A stretch of DNA of 64,000 nucleotides. It comes from Octopus sinensis (lineage: Eukaryota). This document shows positions 45,488 through 58,290 of this stretch, piece by piece. The notes beneath the pieces were generated by a model that was not told the DNA's origin, made no database searches, and was given only the letters and a program-made list of their open reading frames with translations. Positions within the stretch are counted from its first letter, which is position 1, and each line of letters begins with the position of its first letter. The stretch covers positions 10,850,001 through 10,914,000 of the forward strand of contig NC_043024.1 in NCBI RefSeq assembly GCF_006345805.1, given 5' to 3'. A program made the translations under genes and the position numbers.

Positions 45488-45768
45488 GGAAAAAAAGTCA
45501 AGGTAGAAAATGCTAAAATAATTTTATAAAAAACATTTCAGTACCGGTTTCAGTCATTGAGACTTTTCCAACTGCAAGTATGGAAAACAATTAGATTTTG
45601 GGAAAATTAAAAGAAAAGTTTTTTAATGCAAATATTCTTTTAATTTTTCCAAAATTTAATTGTTTTCCATACTTAGAGTTGAAAAAGTCTCAAAGACTGA
45701 AACCAGTCTGAAATGTTTCTTTTTATAAAATTGTTTGACCATTTTCTACCTTGACTTTTTCTTCCATA
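45488..45768. repeat. Foldback inverted repeat (~130-bp arms)
   Basis: ggaaaaaaagtcaaggtagaaaatg... pairs with ...cattttctaccttgactttttcttcc. Confidence 0.9.
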
Positions 45769-46607
45769 TATATCAACTCATGTATTCCTCTGTGTGTGTG
45801 AAGGGCATCCAGCCATAAAAACTACCAAAATAGACAGAAGTCTGATGCAGTCTTCTCCTTGGCCAGCTCCCGTCAAACTGTCCAACCCATGCCAACATTG
45901 GAAGGCAGACATTAAACAACAATGATGATGATATATACACACACACCTCACACATGCACGCATAGGGGAAAAATGGACGGCTGAACAGTTACATGTAATC
46001 ACAGCAACCGAAAAAAATATATAAAGACACAATTATTCACAGCAAAAAAATTCCACCTTCTCACACTTTGTGTTTATAACGACACACGTACACACGCATG
46101 TATGGGTCATGATGATTGTTTTCCAGTTGTTAACCTAACTCTGATCTTAGCTACAGCGCAGAGATGCAGCCATTTGGCTAAGAAGAAAGTGTTTATTGTG
46201 AATTCTTGAAATTTATCCCGGTTTCCATAAGAGGGGAAATTACAGACTGTATCCCAGAATGCATTGTCATACTTCACCATTCTCACAGCTTTAAATAGAC
46301 ATAATGTGGGGGATACCTCTATGTCTATAATCTATATATGTGTATATATGTTTTATATTATATATATATATATATATCATATCCTTTATGTATAAGTTAT
46401 ATATATTATATATGCATTGTTATGTGTGTGTGTGTGTATGTATATATGTATATATATATACACACACTGTATATGTATACAGGTGTGTGTATATGTGTAA
46501 TTTGTACACATAATTGGTATCTCTAATATGTTTATGTGTATGTGTGATGTGTGTGTGTATGTATATATATATGTATGTGTATATATATATATGTATGTGT
46601 GTATATG

Positions 46608-46642
<35 letters not shown>

Positions 46643-46645
46643 ATG

Positions 46646-46690
<45 letters not shown>

Positions 46691-47184
46691 ATGTATGTAT
46701 ATATATATATATATGTATGTATATATATATATATATGTATGTATATATATATATATGTATGTATGTATGTATGTATATATATATATATATACATATACAT
46801 GTAACTGCACACATGCATGCACATATATTGTAAAAGGTAGCACAGATGGCCAGCAAGAAATTTCCATTCAGAAAAAGAAAAAAAAACGACACAGACCATT
46901 GCGCACAAGTCTGATGTTTATCCGTGGTTAACTGGGAATCATTACAATTTCAGCACTCTCTCTATGTATGTGTGTGTGCGTAAATGTATTCCAACTACGA
47001 TGCAGAACAAAATGTGACTAAAATGTTTCTATTTGTCTGTGTGTCCTGGCATTTTTTTTTTTCATCTCTTTATGGTTTCCTCCGCTCCTTGTCATTCCGT
47101 CTCAACTTGAAGAAGCGAGTGAAAAACAATATCGAAACTGTTGTAGTAGCAGTGGCAGTGCCATCTCGAGGCACGAGGACTCTG

Positions 47185-47672
47185 GGTTGTTGCCCAGGGA
47201 CTCACAGGTGTAGGGGTCCCCGTTTTGATCTGTGTATGTAGTGGCTTGCTGTCAATAAGTAAATACTATAGGGCCCAATATATATTAGTTTACCCGGGTC
47301 CTCATGAGTGTAAGGGCCGAGTTCTGATCTATGTATGCTGTCAGTAAATATATACTATAGGGGTCTGGTACATTGATATGTGAGGGGCTCTGTAATGTTG
47401 CTAAGAATGGATCTGGATGGTGAAGGGGTTTGTTGCCCAGGGACCCACAGGTGTAGGGGTCCCCATTTTGATCCATGTGTGTAGTGGCTTGCTGTCAATA
47501 AATAAATACTATAGGGCCCAATATATATATAGTTTACCCGGGTCCTCATGAGTGTAAGGGCCCAGTTCTGATCTATGTATGCTGTCAGTAAATATATACT
47601 GTAGGGGTCTGGTACATTGATTTGTGAGGGACTCTAATGTTGCTAAAATGGGTCTGGATGATAAAGGGGGTT
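47185..47672. repeat. Tandem duplication of a ~244-bp unit (2 copies)
   Basis: gttgcccagggac..gatctggatg repeats at ~47187 and ~47431. Confidence 0.9.
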
Positions 47673-50600
47673 GTTGCCCAGCAGATGGTCCACAGTGGGG
47701 GTTGTGAGGATGATGATGGTAGTGGTCGCATTAGGGACTTTAGTTGGTCCACACCCCCACCTAATCTGTACTTCTTCTGTTTATGCAGTGGTGTCTAATT
47801 TTAGGGCAGTTTGGCAGCTGTTGCTATCTTGTACATCAACAGACCACCATTCTGTGTAAATTATGTTGGAGATGTCCTGGCAAGATGGTCAGTGTGGTCA
47901 GTGATAATGGTCAGATCAAATGATTTTGATCTTTGACCACCAAGGTCCTTCTCAAGTCTTGTGTACATGGTATTGATGATGATGATGATGGAGATGGTTG
48001 TTTAATGTCTGTTTTCCATATTGGCACAGGTTGGATGGTTTAACAGGAACCAGCAAGCCAGAAGACTACACCAAGCTGCAGTGTCGCTCCTGGCATGGTT
48101 TCTACGGCTGGGTGCCCCCTTTGCAGAGTTTACTGCGAGCCTTTCTTTGTTGTCTTTTGTGACATTGGAACTGGTGAGGTTATCAAGTATTTGCAAGACA
48201 AAACCCCACCCCTTTCAATGAGTTGGGGTATAATATTGAAGGTGGTGAAAGTATGATCATATTAGACTCCTGTATTTCTGTATTGTGAGTGTCTGCAGCA
48301 ACCCAAAACCACAAATGTATATATGTAGATATATGTGAAAATATATAGTGTGGTGAATCGTAAAAGCGCTCGTGTGGCACCATGTAAAAAGCACCCAGTA
48401 TACTCTGTTAAATGGTTTGCATTAGGAAGGGCATCCAGCCGTACAAGCCATACCAAATCAGACTGGAGTCTGGTGCAGCCTCCCTGGCTTGCCAGCATCG
48501 ACAGTGGACATTAAATGATGATGGCTATCATCATTTAGCGTCCGTTGTCCAGGCTGGCATGGGTTATATATTTTAAGATTTTCTTAAAATAAAAATTATT
48601 ATTTATATCAAAATTTTTAAAAGCAAGTTGTCATATCTTAAGCATTTTTTGCAATTAAGTGTTTTAAACAGATGTTTCAAAAAGTTAATAGCAAAAGTGT
48701 TGACACACAATGTGAAACCCTTTTTTCCTTCCAAAAGGGTTGTCATTCTGTTTATATATATATATAATTAATAATTTTTATTGCAAGAATATTTTTCTTC
48801 AAATGCTGTTACTGTATCAAGCGGGTTTTTTTTTTAGTTTTGCTAAACCATTTTTAGATGTGTGTATATATATATGTATATGTTATATATATATATATGT
48901 GTATATGTATGTATATATATGTGTATATATGTATATATATATGTATGTATATATGTATATATATGTATATATATATATGTATGTATATATATATATGTAT
49001 ATATATATATGTATGTATGTGTATATATATGTATGTATATATATATGTATATATATATATGTATGTATGTGTATATATATATGTATGTATATGTGTATAT
49101 ATATATGTATATATATATATGTATGTATGTGTATATATATATGTATGTATATGTGTATATATATATTATATATATATATATATACACACACACACCTTAA
49201 AGAAGGATTTTCCAGGTGCCAAAATTCATAATCCCCTCTGACTGAAGAGAGGCCTAGATACTCTAACCTCTTCTCCACATCTTTACTGTAACCACTGCTA
49301 TCACAGCAGATCAAGTCTTGCCCACCACCTAGCAAAGTTGTGTGTGTGAAGGCACACCCGCCTCCACCATTTTGAGAAATTATGCTGCAAGGAAGCTGTA
49401 ATGTAAAGAGGAGAGACTAAAGGGCCGAGGCAGAAGAGGAATATATTTGGGGGTTCGTTTGTAAAATATTGTCATGGAGACACAGTTCATGTTTTTGTGG
49501 GGTTTTCTGCCATTTGTTTTTGTTTTTTTTTTTTTTATGTTTTTTCCTCTTCCTCTGTCTTATAAATGTGAAGGGTTGTTATTGTTGTCGTCATAGCAAC
49601 AACACCTGTTGTACTCGGGTGTCTCTTCTTTATCACTGACCAGAATCACCAAGCTATCGAAAAGCGAGTGACATATTGTTTTTTTGTTTTGTTTCTGTTA
49701 TTTTTGTTGTTGATGATGTTTAACCCTAGGTCGGTCCTGAACGAGTATTTCAGTTGTGACCATCTAGGGTTTTTTGGGACCCTTTTTTTTTTTTGTCCCC
49801 CTTCTCCTACAAACTACATTATCCACTATGGTGTTTTTTTTTTTTTTTTTTTTTTAATGGTAAAATATGATTCGAATGAGATTTAATTGGCATTTTTTGC
49901 TGTGTCGTAATGAATGTGGTGTTTGTGCATATGTTAACGAGTTGTTTCGGGTAGCAAACTTAAGTCAAACAGCAGCTAAGGTTGTTATCACTAGGGGTGG
50001 TCAAGTCTGGATTGGTCTGCTGTGACATAGTATGGTATGGTACAGTAAGCTATGATCTGTGTGGAATATGAGTCAGGTTGGAAATAACATGTTACAGGCA
50101 GCACTCAAAAGTCATCATTCCTCTTCAGTTCTGTCCTCTTCAAATGCCAAGAACGGTTTCTTTGTCATCGTTTAATGTCCATTTTCCATGCTGGCATGAG
50201 TTGGATGCTTTGACAGGGGCTGAAGAGCTGCCTGGCCTCCGTGTCTGTTTTAGCATGGTTTAGCTATGGCTGGATGCCCTTCCTAACACTAACCAGGCAT
50301 AGAACCTTCTATATTCATCTTCAGTGTAAACCCTCCTCTTTAAGGCAGCAAGCTGACAGAAATGTTAGTAAGCCGGGCGAAATGCTTAGCGGTATTTCAT
50401 CTGCTGCTACGTTCTGAGTTCAAATTCCGCCGAGGTCGACTTTGCCTTTCATCCTTTCAGGGTCGATTAAATAAGTACCAGTTACGCATTGGGGTCGATA
50501 TAATCGACTTAGTCCCTTTGTCTGTCCTTGTTTGTCCTCTCTGTGTTTAGCCCATTGTGGGTAGTAAAAAAATAGGTATTTCATCTGTCTGTACATTCTG

Positions 50601-50922
50601 AGTTCAAATTCCGCCGAGGTCGATAAATTAAGTACCATCTGCGTACTTGGGTTCATCTAATCGATTGGCTTCCTCCCCCAAAATTTTAGGCCTTGTGCCT
50701 AGGGTGTTAAAGAATATTCATCTTCAATGCTGACATGGGTTGCGTGGTTCAATAGAAGCTGGTGTGCCAGACTCATTGCTGGATGCCCTTCCTATTGCCA
50801 ACCCCCTTACAGCGTGTACTGGTTGCTTCTTACAAGGCACCAGCACTAGTGAGGTCACCAACTAACTTGCAAGACAAAACCATTCCGTTGAGGGCAGTGG
50901 CTTTGTGCCGGGTGATGAGAGA

Positions 50923-51147
50923 TTAACCCTTTCGTTTCTGTATTTTGAGATGCTCTGTGTTTCTTTCAATTAATTTTAAATATAACAAAGAATTTAGTAA
51001 AATAACTTGGTTATCATTAAGCTAGTGTTAGGAACATAAATTGTGACTAAAGTTTGGTGGAAGATTTTAATTCAAAACTTATGAAAACAAGACATTTGTA
51101 CTCAGAGTCTGAGGTGGTCTCAGCTGGGTTGGTATCAAAAGGGTTAA
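50923..51147. mobile_element. piggyBac-like MITE copy
   Basis: TTAA-CCCTTTCG...CAAAAGGG-TTAA; same internal sequence as 44807-45035. Confidence 0.72.
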
Positions 51148-52384
51148 AGTATGATAAAGGAACAGAAACCGGTTCCTTGCTGTAGAGGAGATACATGACT
51201 CCCTCAGTTGGAAAAGAGAAAGGGCAGTGAGAGATAGTAAAGATTTGTTGGGGCATACCCTCAAATATAAATATAAATCTACTATTTCACCATGTGCACA
51301 GGTAATCGTGTGTCTTCTCTATAGCAAGACACCTTTGCTTGTCCCTCTGTCATACTTTAACCCAGTGGTTTTCAACCAGGGTTCCGCCAGTACAGTCCAG
51401 GGGTTCCGCAAGAAGTTACAAAACTGCTAAAATCGGCAGTTATTTTTATTTCTCCTGTGCAGATATGTGTGCATAAGACTATAAAATTATTGCACAGGGG
51501 TTCCTTGAGCCAGTGGAATGTTTCCTTAGGGTTCCGCTCCAGCAAAAAGTTTGAAAAGCACTGCTTTAGCCTCTCAACACCTGACATAAAGTCACCTCCT
51601 TCTTTCAAATACTCCACCCAACACTCAGTTGTGGGACCCCTTTTTTTTTTCACTCTTGCTCCTTACTTGGTGACCTTACTAGTACCGGTGGCATGAAAAC
51701 AAGAACCCGGTACACATTGTAAGGTTGTTGGCAGCGGGGAAGGATATCTGACCATTGAAACCATTCCATAGCAGACTTTGGAGCATAATTCAATCCTGTG
51801 CTTCGTTAGATCCTGTCAAATGATCCAACCCATGGCAGCATGGAAAACTCGTTAAATGATGACGACGATGATTAATTAAGACAAATCTTGAGGACTGCCT
51901 GTAAAGCAGGGCAATGGCTGAATCAATAGTGTATATAGCTATGTTCTTTATGTCTTTTGTTCAGATCCCACCAAGGGTCACTTCACCTTTCATGCTTCTA
52001 AGGCTCGATACAGGGTGGTGCCCCAGCATGACCATGTTTCTCTAATGACAGAAATAAAAACAAAAGAACTGATGCGTGTTCATTTCTAGTCAAGTGGTCA
52101 CAAGCCTTGCCCAGGGGTGCCACCCCACGGAAGCTAATACCAGGCAGCAGCTGTTTTGACTGTTGTTAGTTATCAGGACCGAGGTTTTGAACTCCTGACC
52201 ATGAGGTTAACAAACCAGTCCAGCAACTAACTGGTTTGTAGCTTAATTGCACCATCATGCCTCGTATTACATATGGAAGTTTCAATGAATATTTGGTTAC
52301 GTTCTGGGTTCAACCCTGCCCCAGGTTCAGCTTTACCTTTCATCCCATCTGGGGTTGATAGAAAATAAGTACCAGTCTACAGAT

Positions 52385-53580
52385 ATTCTGAGTTGTATTA
52401 ATCCGACTGGCTTCCGTGCTGGTGGCATGTAAAAAGCGCCATCGGATCGTGGCCATTGCCAGCCTCGCCTGGCCTCCGTACCGGTGGCACGTAAAAAGCA
52501 CCATCCGATCGTGGCCATTGCCAGCCTCGCCTGGCCTCCGTACCGGTGGCACGTAAAAAGCACCATCCGATCGTGGCCATTGCCAGCCTCGCCTGGCCTC
52601 CGTACCGGTGGCACGTAAAAAGCGCCATCGGATCGTGGCCATTGCAGCCTCGCCTGGCCTCCGTACCGTGGCACGTAAAAAGCGCCATCGGATCGTGGCC
52701 ATTGCCAGCCTCGCCTGGCCTCCGTACCGGTGGCATGTAAAAAGCGCCATCCGATCGTGGCCATTGCCAGCCTCGCCTGGCCTCCGTACCGGTGGCACGT
52801 AAAAAGCACCATCCGATCGTGGCCATTGCCAGCCTCGCCTGGCCTCCGTACGGTGGCACGTAAAAAGCGCCATCGGATCGTGGCCATTGCCAGCCTCGCC
52901 TGGCCTCCGTACCGGTGGCACGTAAAAAGCACCATCCGATCGTGGCCATTGCCAGCCTCGCCTGGCCTCCGTACGGTGGCACGTAAAAAGCGCCATCCGA
53001 TCGTGGCCATTGCCAGCCTCGCCTGGCCTCCGTACCGGTGGCACGTAAAAAGCACCATCCGATCGTGGCCATTGCCAGCCTCGCCTGGCCTCCGTACCGG
53101 TGGCACGTAAAAAGCGCCATCGGATCGTGGCCATTGCCAGCCTCGCCTGGCCTCCGTACCGGTGGCACGTAAAAAGCACCATCCGATCGTGGCCATTGCC
53201 AGCCTCGCCTGGCCTCCGTACCGGTGGCACGTAAAAAGCGCCATCCGATCGTGGCCATTGCCAGCCTCGCCTGGCCTCCGTACCGGTGGCACGTAAAAAG
53301 CACCATCCGATCGTGGCCATTGCCAGCCTCGCCTGGCCTCCGTACCGGTGGCACGTAAAAAGCGCCATCGGATCGTGGCCATTGCCAGCCTCGTCTGGCA
53401 CATAAAAAGCACCCGTTACACTCATGGAGTGGTTGGCGTTAGGAAGGGCATCCAGCTGTAGAAACATTGCCAGATCAGACTGGGCCTGGTGCAGCTTTCT
53501 GGCTTCCCAGACCCCAGTTGCACCGTCCAACCCATGCCAGCATGGAAAGCGGACGCTAAACGATGATGATGATGATGATG
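52385..53580 (+). mobile_element. Interspersed element with RTE-like (GAT)n 3' tail carrying an expanded 62-bp tandem array (~16 units)
   Basis: Unit cgtaccggtggcacgtaaaaagcaccatccgatcgtggccattgccagcctcgcctggcctc has period 62; ends ccaacccatgccagcatggaaagcggacgctaaacgatgatg; family members with 1-5 diverged units at ~4893-5345, 7660-7990, 19720-20110, 23520-23925, 27315-27825, 29500-29945, 34540-35430. Confidence 0.8.
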
Positions 53581-54898
53581 GTAGTGCTCCAGCATGACCA
53601 CAGTCAAATGACTGAAACTGGTAAAAGGATAAACGAGAGAAAAATTAAAATGTGTGTGCGCGTAGAAGTGCCTTTTGTATTCCAGGGTATGGTGGTTGCC
53701 TCGCCCTTCTGATGGGGGTCTGTGTTCCGTGTGTGTGTGTTTGTGTGTCTCCACTCTGATTAATATCTCCATTGACCTCACTGCTACTGTTAAGCTTTCT
53801 GGAAAGATCCTGGTAAGAAAAATTGGAATGGAAACCTGGTGCCAGTGTCAGAGAATTTCTACATCTTGAAACAATGTTTATGTGTGTGTTATAGATATGT
53901 GAATAGATGCATATATTAAATATATGCATTAGTGTTTGTACAGGTATGTGTATAGGTCTATATGTAAATGTCTGTAGAGATTTATGAAGATGTAATTTAT
54001 AAATATACTGCATATGTGTGTACATATATAATGTCTATGTATGTACGTGTATATATGTACATATATATACTTTTTATTAAAGCCAAAAAAAAAAAAAGTC
54101 TTCACAAGCTGTTACCCAGAGTTTCACATTATCATTCTTGTATGATCCCAACTGTCCAACGACCAGTAACATAAAACTCTGAGTAAGTTTATGAGAGGTT
54201 TTTTTTTCTTTTGGCTTTAATAAAAAGCATATTACTCTACCGTCAATATTCAAGTACCATGTTTTCCCACCTCGTTTTGCATCTATGCACTTACTCATAT
54301 ATGTGTGTATGTGTACACACACACACAACACACACACACACATATATATATATGTATGTAGGTGTGTGTCTGAGTTTAATAATGTGTTATTTAACAATAC
54401 TTAGGAATACGTCAATCAAACTACCAGATGCTCACGTTTGTGTGTGTGTATGTATATATATGTATATATCTATATCTATATATATGTATATATCTATATA
54501 TTTGTATATATATGTGTATGTATATATACACACACGTGTGTGTATGCTGCATATGGCACAACAATTTAGGAGGCCAACCAATTGCACTATGCACCTAAAT
54601 GGCAGCAGACCATTCGTTATGTGTCAGCTGTGTTAAAATTAGCAAGAGATGGAAGAAAAGACGAACAGACAAGAGAAAATGGCGTGTGCTGCGTAGTTAC
54701 TTCCCTTGCTGTTGCCCTCTCCAAGCTCAGCATCGAATGGCTGACACATCAGTCACAGTTCTCTCTTAGTTGAACTGACTGTTCCCAGCCATTGAATACG
54801 CAAGCTGGTAGTAATATTAGGAATTAATATTTTACAATTAAGGAGAGGCCCATTTCTCCCAATTGTGAAAATGCCTGATTTAAGACTTTCTGGTGACC

Positions 54899-55128
54899 TT
54901 AACCCTTTCATTACCATATTCATTTTGAGATGCTCTGTGTTTCTTTCAATTAATCTTAAATATAACAAAGAATTTAGTAAAATAACTTAGTTATCATTCA
55001 GCTAGTGTTAGGAACCTAAATTGTGACTAAGGTTTGGTGGAAGATTTTAATTCAGAACTTTTGAAAACAAGACATTTGTACTACAGAGTCAGAGGCTGTT
55101 TCAGCCGGGTTGGTAACAAAAGGGTTAA
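54899..55128. mobile_element. piggyBac-like MITE copy
   Basis: TTAA-CCCTTTC...CAAAAGGG-TTAA; followed by a truncated second copy from ~55151. Confidence 0.72.
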
Positions 55129-56004
55129 GAATTGTTTCTCTATTATATATTTTAACCCTTTTGTTACCATATTTCTGTTGAGATGTTCTGTGTTTCTTTC
55201 AATTAATTTTAAATATAACAAAGAATTTAGTAAAATGTACACACACACACACACCACACTGCACACAAGCTCACTAAAACCTCCAAATCTTGTTACTGAG
55301 TGTGACAATGGATGGTTCTTAGTTAATCCTTTCTGTGGATCAGTATAACTGTGGAAAAAGGCGGGGAAAAAAAGGAATTATGGTGTAAAGTGGTTAGAGA
55401 AGATTTTTGCTAGCATTTGGTGCCAAAAAAAAAATAAAAGGAAATGGAATCTTTCTAGAAAGCAATGGCAGAGAGAGGTCAGTCGGAAACAGAGTGGAAG
55501 ACAATAAGAAAAACAGCATCAGAAAACTGCCGTTGCTTGCTCCATGAAATTGCAACCGTTTCCTTGTATATCTCGCCAGATAGGTGCTATTTGTATATGT
55601 GTGTGTCTGTGTGTTTCTGTTTTACATAGAGAGCTGGGAAGCCTGCTGCCGTTACTAATACTACTACTATTATTATTATTATTATTATTGAACCTGATGC
55701 AATGTCACAGGAGTCAGGATAAGAGGCTGTTTAAGATGAAAGTACGTATAGGTAGACGTTGGCGTCGGTGGGGGTTTTGTTTTTGTTTTTTGTTGGGTTT
55801 TTTTTTTTGTCCCCTTCATCCTTCCGCGGAGAAGGGATCAGCCTGCTGGTGTTCCTGGGTCTGACTTCAGAGCAACATGTTGTCTCTCTCTGCCAGATCA
55901 GGGGACAAGAAGGCTGTAATGGAAAGAAAGTAGGTGTATATAGATGTAGGTAGATTGATGTTACCGTCTCTCTCTACATGTGAGTATATATATATGTGTG
56001 TGGT

Positions 56005-56615
56005 GTGTGTGTGTATAAAATCCATTGGCATGCTCAGTCAGTTCTGTGCGTGTGTGTGTGTAATATACTTCATATGTACATACATATACATATGTGTGTA
56101 TGTATATATATATAGTCACTTGCAAGCCCACAATAAACTGTATATGTGAATGTATGTATATGCATATATCCACTTGCAATCTCAGCCACGTGTGTATATA
56201 TGGTTGTATATACAGAGTCACAAGCAAGCTCACAACACTGGGTATCCGTGTGTGCTGTATGTATGTAGTCACTAGCAAGCTCACACACTCTCTCTCTATA
56301 TATATGGTGTGTGTGTGTATAAAATCCATTGGCATGCTCAGTCAGTTCTGTGCGTGTGTGTGTGTAATATACTTCATATGTACATACATATACATATGTG
56401 TGTATGTATATATATATAGTCACTTGCAAGCCCACAATAAACTGTATATGTGAATGTATGTATATGCATATAATCACTTGCAATCTCAGCCACTGTGTGT
56501 ATATATGGTTGTATATACAGAGTCACAAGCAAGCTCACAATCACTGGGTATCCGTGTGTGCATGTATGTATGTAGTCACTAGCAAGCTCACACACACTCT
56601 CTCTCTATATATATG
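56005..56615. repeat. Tandem duplication of a ~304-bp unit with internal agtcac..gcaagc subrepeats
   Basis: aaatccattggcatgctcagtc at ~56017 and ~56321. Confidence 0.9.
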
Positions 56616-56890
56616 TGTGTGTGTATATATTGTATACACACATGCATATAGTCACTTGCAAGCTCACAATCATTGTATTTGCGTGTCCATATATGTATAC
56701 ATGTTAGAATACATATATATATATGTATGTGTATATATATATATGTATATGTATGTATATATATATGTATGCATATATATGTATGTGTATATATATATAT
56801 TTGAAGAAATTAGTTAACAGAAATCCAGATGGTTTTTATATTTACAAATATTTATTAGTATGTTACGTATTTTTATAAATTATATATCGT

Positions 56891-56930
56891 ATATTAGCAC
56901 TTTCATCCATTCTAGTGGAGTCTTCAAATT
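56891..56930 (-). ncRNA. Degenerate hammerhead motif (C3 changed to T)
   Basis: Minus strand reads TTGAAGA-CTCCA(CTAGAA)TGGAT-GAAA-GTGC-TA-ATAT; same downstream context as 60728-60770. Confidence 0.45.
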
Positions 56931-57414
56931 GATCTCAAATTGAGTGGTTTTGGCAGATGGAAACTGAAAAAATTCTGTCATAAAGCGCTAATATATGACA
57001 TATGATTTATAAAAACATGTAACATACAAATAAATATCTGTAAATATAAAACCATCCAAATTTCTGAGTACCTCATTTCTTCTAATATATAATACCTGCA
57101 CATCATCTCCAAACCTTCTAATATTATATATGTGTATGTATATATGTATATATATGTGTATATATATGTATATATATATATGTGTATATATATGTATATA
57201 TATATTAATCAAGTTCACACAGTGTATATATATGTGTGTGTGTGTGGCTGACACGTATAACCATTGGCAAGTTCACTAGTCACCATTTTGTATGTATATG
57301 TGTGAGTCAAAGTTTATATGAATGATGTGTGTGTATGTGTGCATATAACACAACCACTGGTAAAGTCATGCAGTTCCAGTATGTGTAAGTGGATTATGAA
57401 TGCGTGTGTGTATG

Positions 57415-57638
57415 TACGAGGGTGCACTGAAAGTTCCTGGCTTTTTAAGGGTATTGTGAAAGGCCTGGTTGGAGTTCCAAACTTCCGAGTTCCTTAACAG
57501 GACTTAGAAAAACTGAAGGACCACTGCAATAAGCATATGAATCTGAAAGGGGAACATGTTGAATAAGATCATAATTAACTGATCCTCTTGGATTTTCTTT
57601 TACCCAAAACCAGGAACTTTTTAGCCTCACCCCTGATA
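57415..57638 (+). mobile_element. Mariner-derived non-autonomous element (internal deletion)
   Basis: TA-CGAGGG..AAAGTTCCTGG left end and CCAGGAACTTT..CCCCTGA-TA right end; retains [21 protein letters not shown], similar to the mariner transposase C-terminus. Confidence 0.7.
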
Positions 57639-57659
57639 TGTATGAAGATGTGTGTGTAA

Positions 57660-58290
57660 GATTATATATATATATATGTGTATATATATATATAAGTATA
57701 TATATATGTATATATATATGTATATATATATAAGTATATATATGTATATATATATAAGTATATATATGTATATATATATAAGTATATATATGTATATATA
57801 TATATATGTCTATATATATAAGTATATATATATATATAAGTATATATATGTGTATATATATAGATGTATATATATATATATGTAATATATATAAGTAATA
57901 TATATATATAAGTATATATGTGTATATATATATGTATATATATAAGTATATATATGTATATATATATATATATAAGTATATATATGTGTATATATATATG
58001 TATATATATATATATAAGTATATGTATATATATATATATATAAGTATATATATGTTGTATATATTATGTATATTAATATAAGTATATATATGTATATACA
58101 TATATATATATATATGTATATATATGTATATACATATATATAAGTATATATATGTATATATATGTATATACATATATATAAGTATATATATATAATACAT
58201 ATATATAAGTATATATATATGTATATATATATAAGTATATATGTGTATATATATATATATGTATGTATGTATATGTATATATATGAATAT
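57660..58290. repeat. Long (TA)n-rich array with TAAG/TG interruptions
   Basis: Directly visible low-complexity tract; similar tracts at 45310-45490, 46420-46800 and 48860-49190. Confidence 0.95.

Noticed and set aside
49587-49600. RFX X-box matches GTCGTCATAGCAAC (and GTTTCCATGACAAC at 37152-37165)
   Set aside because: The consensus is degenerate enough that a match in 64 kb is plausible by chance, and there is no nearby transcription start or ciliary gene.
52333-53530. 318-396 aa ORFs as a genuine protein-coding gene
   Set aside because: They are fully explained by a stop-free 62-bp repeat inside an interspersed element; kept only as a finding.
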